From Candidatus Margulisbacteria bacterium GWF2_35_9 (GTDB taxonomy: Bacteria > Margulisbacteria > Riflemargulisbacteria > GWF2-35-9), in NCBI GenBank assembly GCA_001783275.1, contig MFRH01000090.1, forward strand, positions 1 to 42,219: a stretch of DNA of 42,219 nt. Reading direction: 5' to 3'. Shown piece by piece: positions 40,958 to 42,219 of this stretch. Each line of letters begins with the position of its first letter. Position 1 is the stretch's first letter. The position numbers and the translations under genes are program-made. The notes beneath the pieces were generated by a model that did no database searches, had not been told where the DNA came from, and saw nothing but the letters and a program-made list of their open reading frames with translations.

Positions 40958-42219
40958 TTAACACACATATGGAATTCTAAGCTTTGTTGCAATGGCTTCA
41001 TCAACTGAAACCAACGCATCGCTTCGACCAACGGGTAATGAACTATTTCCGATCGGAGCCATTAATTTTTTTAATTCCATGTCGACCGACAACATATAAT
41101 TGACAATTGATTCTGCTGCTTTATCTACATCCAAACGTTTCACTAGTCTATAATTTTGTGTACAAATACCCGTTGGGCATAATCCAGTATTGCATTGATT
41201 GCAACGACCATTATCATTTCCGATACAACCCAGTAATTGAATAAGAATTTTGCCGACGAATACACCATTAGCTCCTAGACAAATCATTTTAAATGCATCT
41301 GCTGCTAAATCTCCTGTCTGCCCAATTCCGCCACCACCCCATAATGGGATTCGTCCTTGTTTTCCTTGTACTACTGCAGCCATATACGCATCTCGAACTT
41401 TAGATACCACCGGATGTCCAGTATGATCTAAGGATACCTGTTGTGCAGCACCTGTTCCACCTTGAATACCGTCCATAAAAAAACCACCAACAATATGATA
41501 AGGATCTCTAAGTAAATTATTAAATACAGATACAGAAGAAGATGATGCCGCCACTTTAATTGCAACTGGAACTCTAAACTTAAATGCCGCATTAAAGGAT
41601 AAAAACATCTTCTGTACAGATTCTTCAATGCAATATAAGCCTTGATGATTGGGTGGCGACAATAAATCCGACTTTGGTACGCCACGAATTTCCTGAATAT
41701 GACGAGCCACTTTTGCCGCCATTAATAGACCACCATCACCGGGTTTTGCACCCTGACCAATTTTGATTAATATTCCAGCTGGATCTTCTATCATTTCCGG
41801 CATACTTTTAATAATTCGATTCCAGCCAAAATGTCCTGATGCAATTTGTAGAATCATATATTTTAAATATTTTGACTTCATCAGTTTTATGGGCATTCCA
41901 CCTTCACCGGAACACATTCTTATCGGCATATTATGTTTTTCATTCAAATAAGCGGTGGCAATTGCAATCGCTTCCCATGCTCGTGTTGAAAGAGCACCAA
42001 TACTCATGTCTCCAAAAATAATCGGATAAATCCACCGCACTGGGGGAATGGTTCCGCTGATTTTAAGTTCCCCATCTTCAACTTTTAACGGCAACTCATC
42101 TGGGCCTAAAACTCTGCCAAATGGGCTCTGCATATCAAAGGTATGTCTACTTGCATCTAAAGAAGGGTCTGTCATTTGTGAAATACGGCCGACTTTAATT
42201 TTATCTAATGTACGATTTT
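40958..42219 (-). CDS. Glutamate synthase FMN-binding domain protein; open to the right edge
   Basis: MSIGALS, SGEGG, QIASGHFG, KIGQGAKPGDGG, CNQCNTGLCPTGICTQ; frame continues upstream as NRTLDKIKVGRISQ. Confidence 0.93.
   Translation of the reverse strand, partial: NRTLDKIKVGRISQMTDPSLDASRHTFDMQSPFGRVLGPDELPLKVEDGELKISGTIPPVRWIYPIIFGDMSIGALSTRAWEAIAIATAYLNEKHNMPIRMCSGEGGMPIKLMKSKYLKYMILQIASGHFGWNRIIKSMPEMIEDPAGILIKIGQGAKPGDGGLLMAAKVARHIQEIRGVPKSDLLSPPNHQGLYCIEESVQKMFLSFNAAFKFRVPVAIKVAASSSSVSVFNNLLRDPYHIVGGFFMDGIQGGTGAAQQVSLDHTGHPVVSKVRDAYMAAVVQGKQGRIPLWGGGGIGQTGDLAADAFKMICLGANGVFVGKILIQLLGCIGNDNGRCNQCNTGLCPTGICTQNYRLVKRLDVDKAAESIVNYMLSVDMELKKLMAPIGNSSLPVGRSDALVSVDEAIATKLRIPYVC

Overview
Low-GC bacterial chromosome segment. 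It is diderm-type (lipid A genes), encodes an SLH protein and looks anaerobic. From the right: split glutamate-synthase-type genes, tRNA-Glu, aroC, RNase P RNA, bioF, valS-folC, a small accessory block behind ppx (mazEF, vapBC, ORF6N, a repeat-flanked DUF559 gene), an M18 aminopeptidase, a divergent atpBEFHAGDC operon, pilM/N-pilO-like genes, a fabZ-lpxA fusion, lpxB, lysC and tRNA-Pro(GGG). Downstream of tRNA-Pro (about 1250-10140) is an accessory island divided by three copies of a 30-bp att-like repeat whose end matches the tRNA 3' end. The three segments are a DUF3800 + BECR-like nuclease pair with a convergent candidate small RNA, an ArsR/ArsP/ArsEFG-like cluster with gene debris, and an AAA/DUF4143 ATPase. 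No recombinase lies in the window. An ISL3 remnant joins the island to a GC-richer ArsR + acyl-CoA dehydrogenase block at the left edge. Best leads: the tRNA-anchored cassette array, the DUF3800/nuclease/sRNA module, a duplicated ppx 3' end bracketing mazEF, and REP-like sequences forming RNase P helix P3. All family calls come from motif recognition by eye, not from database searches.
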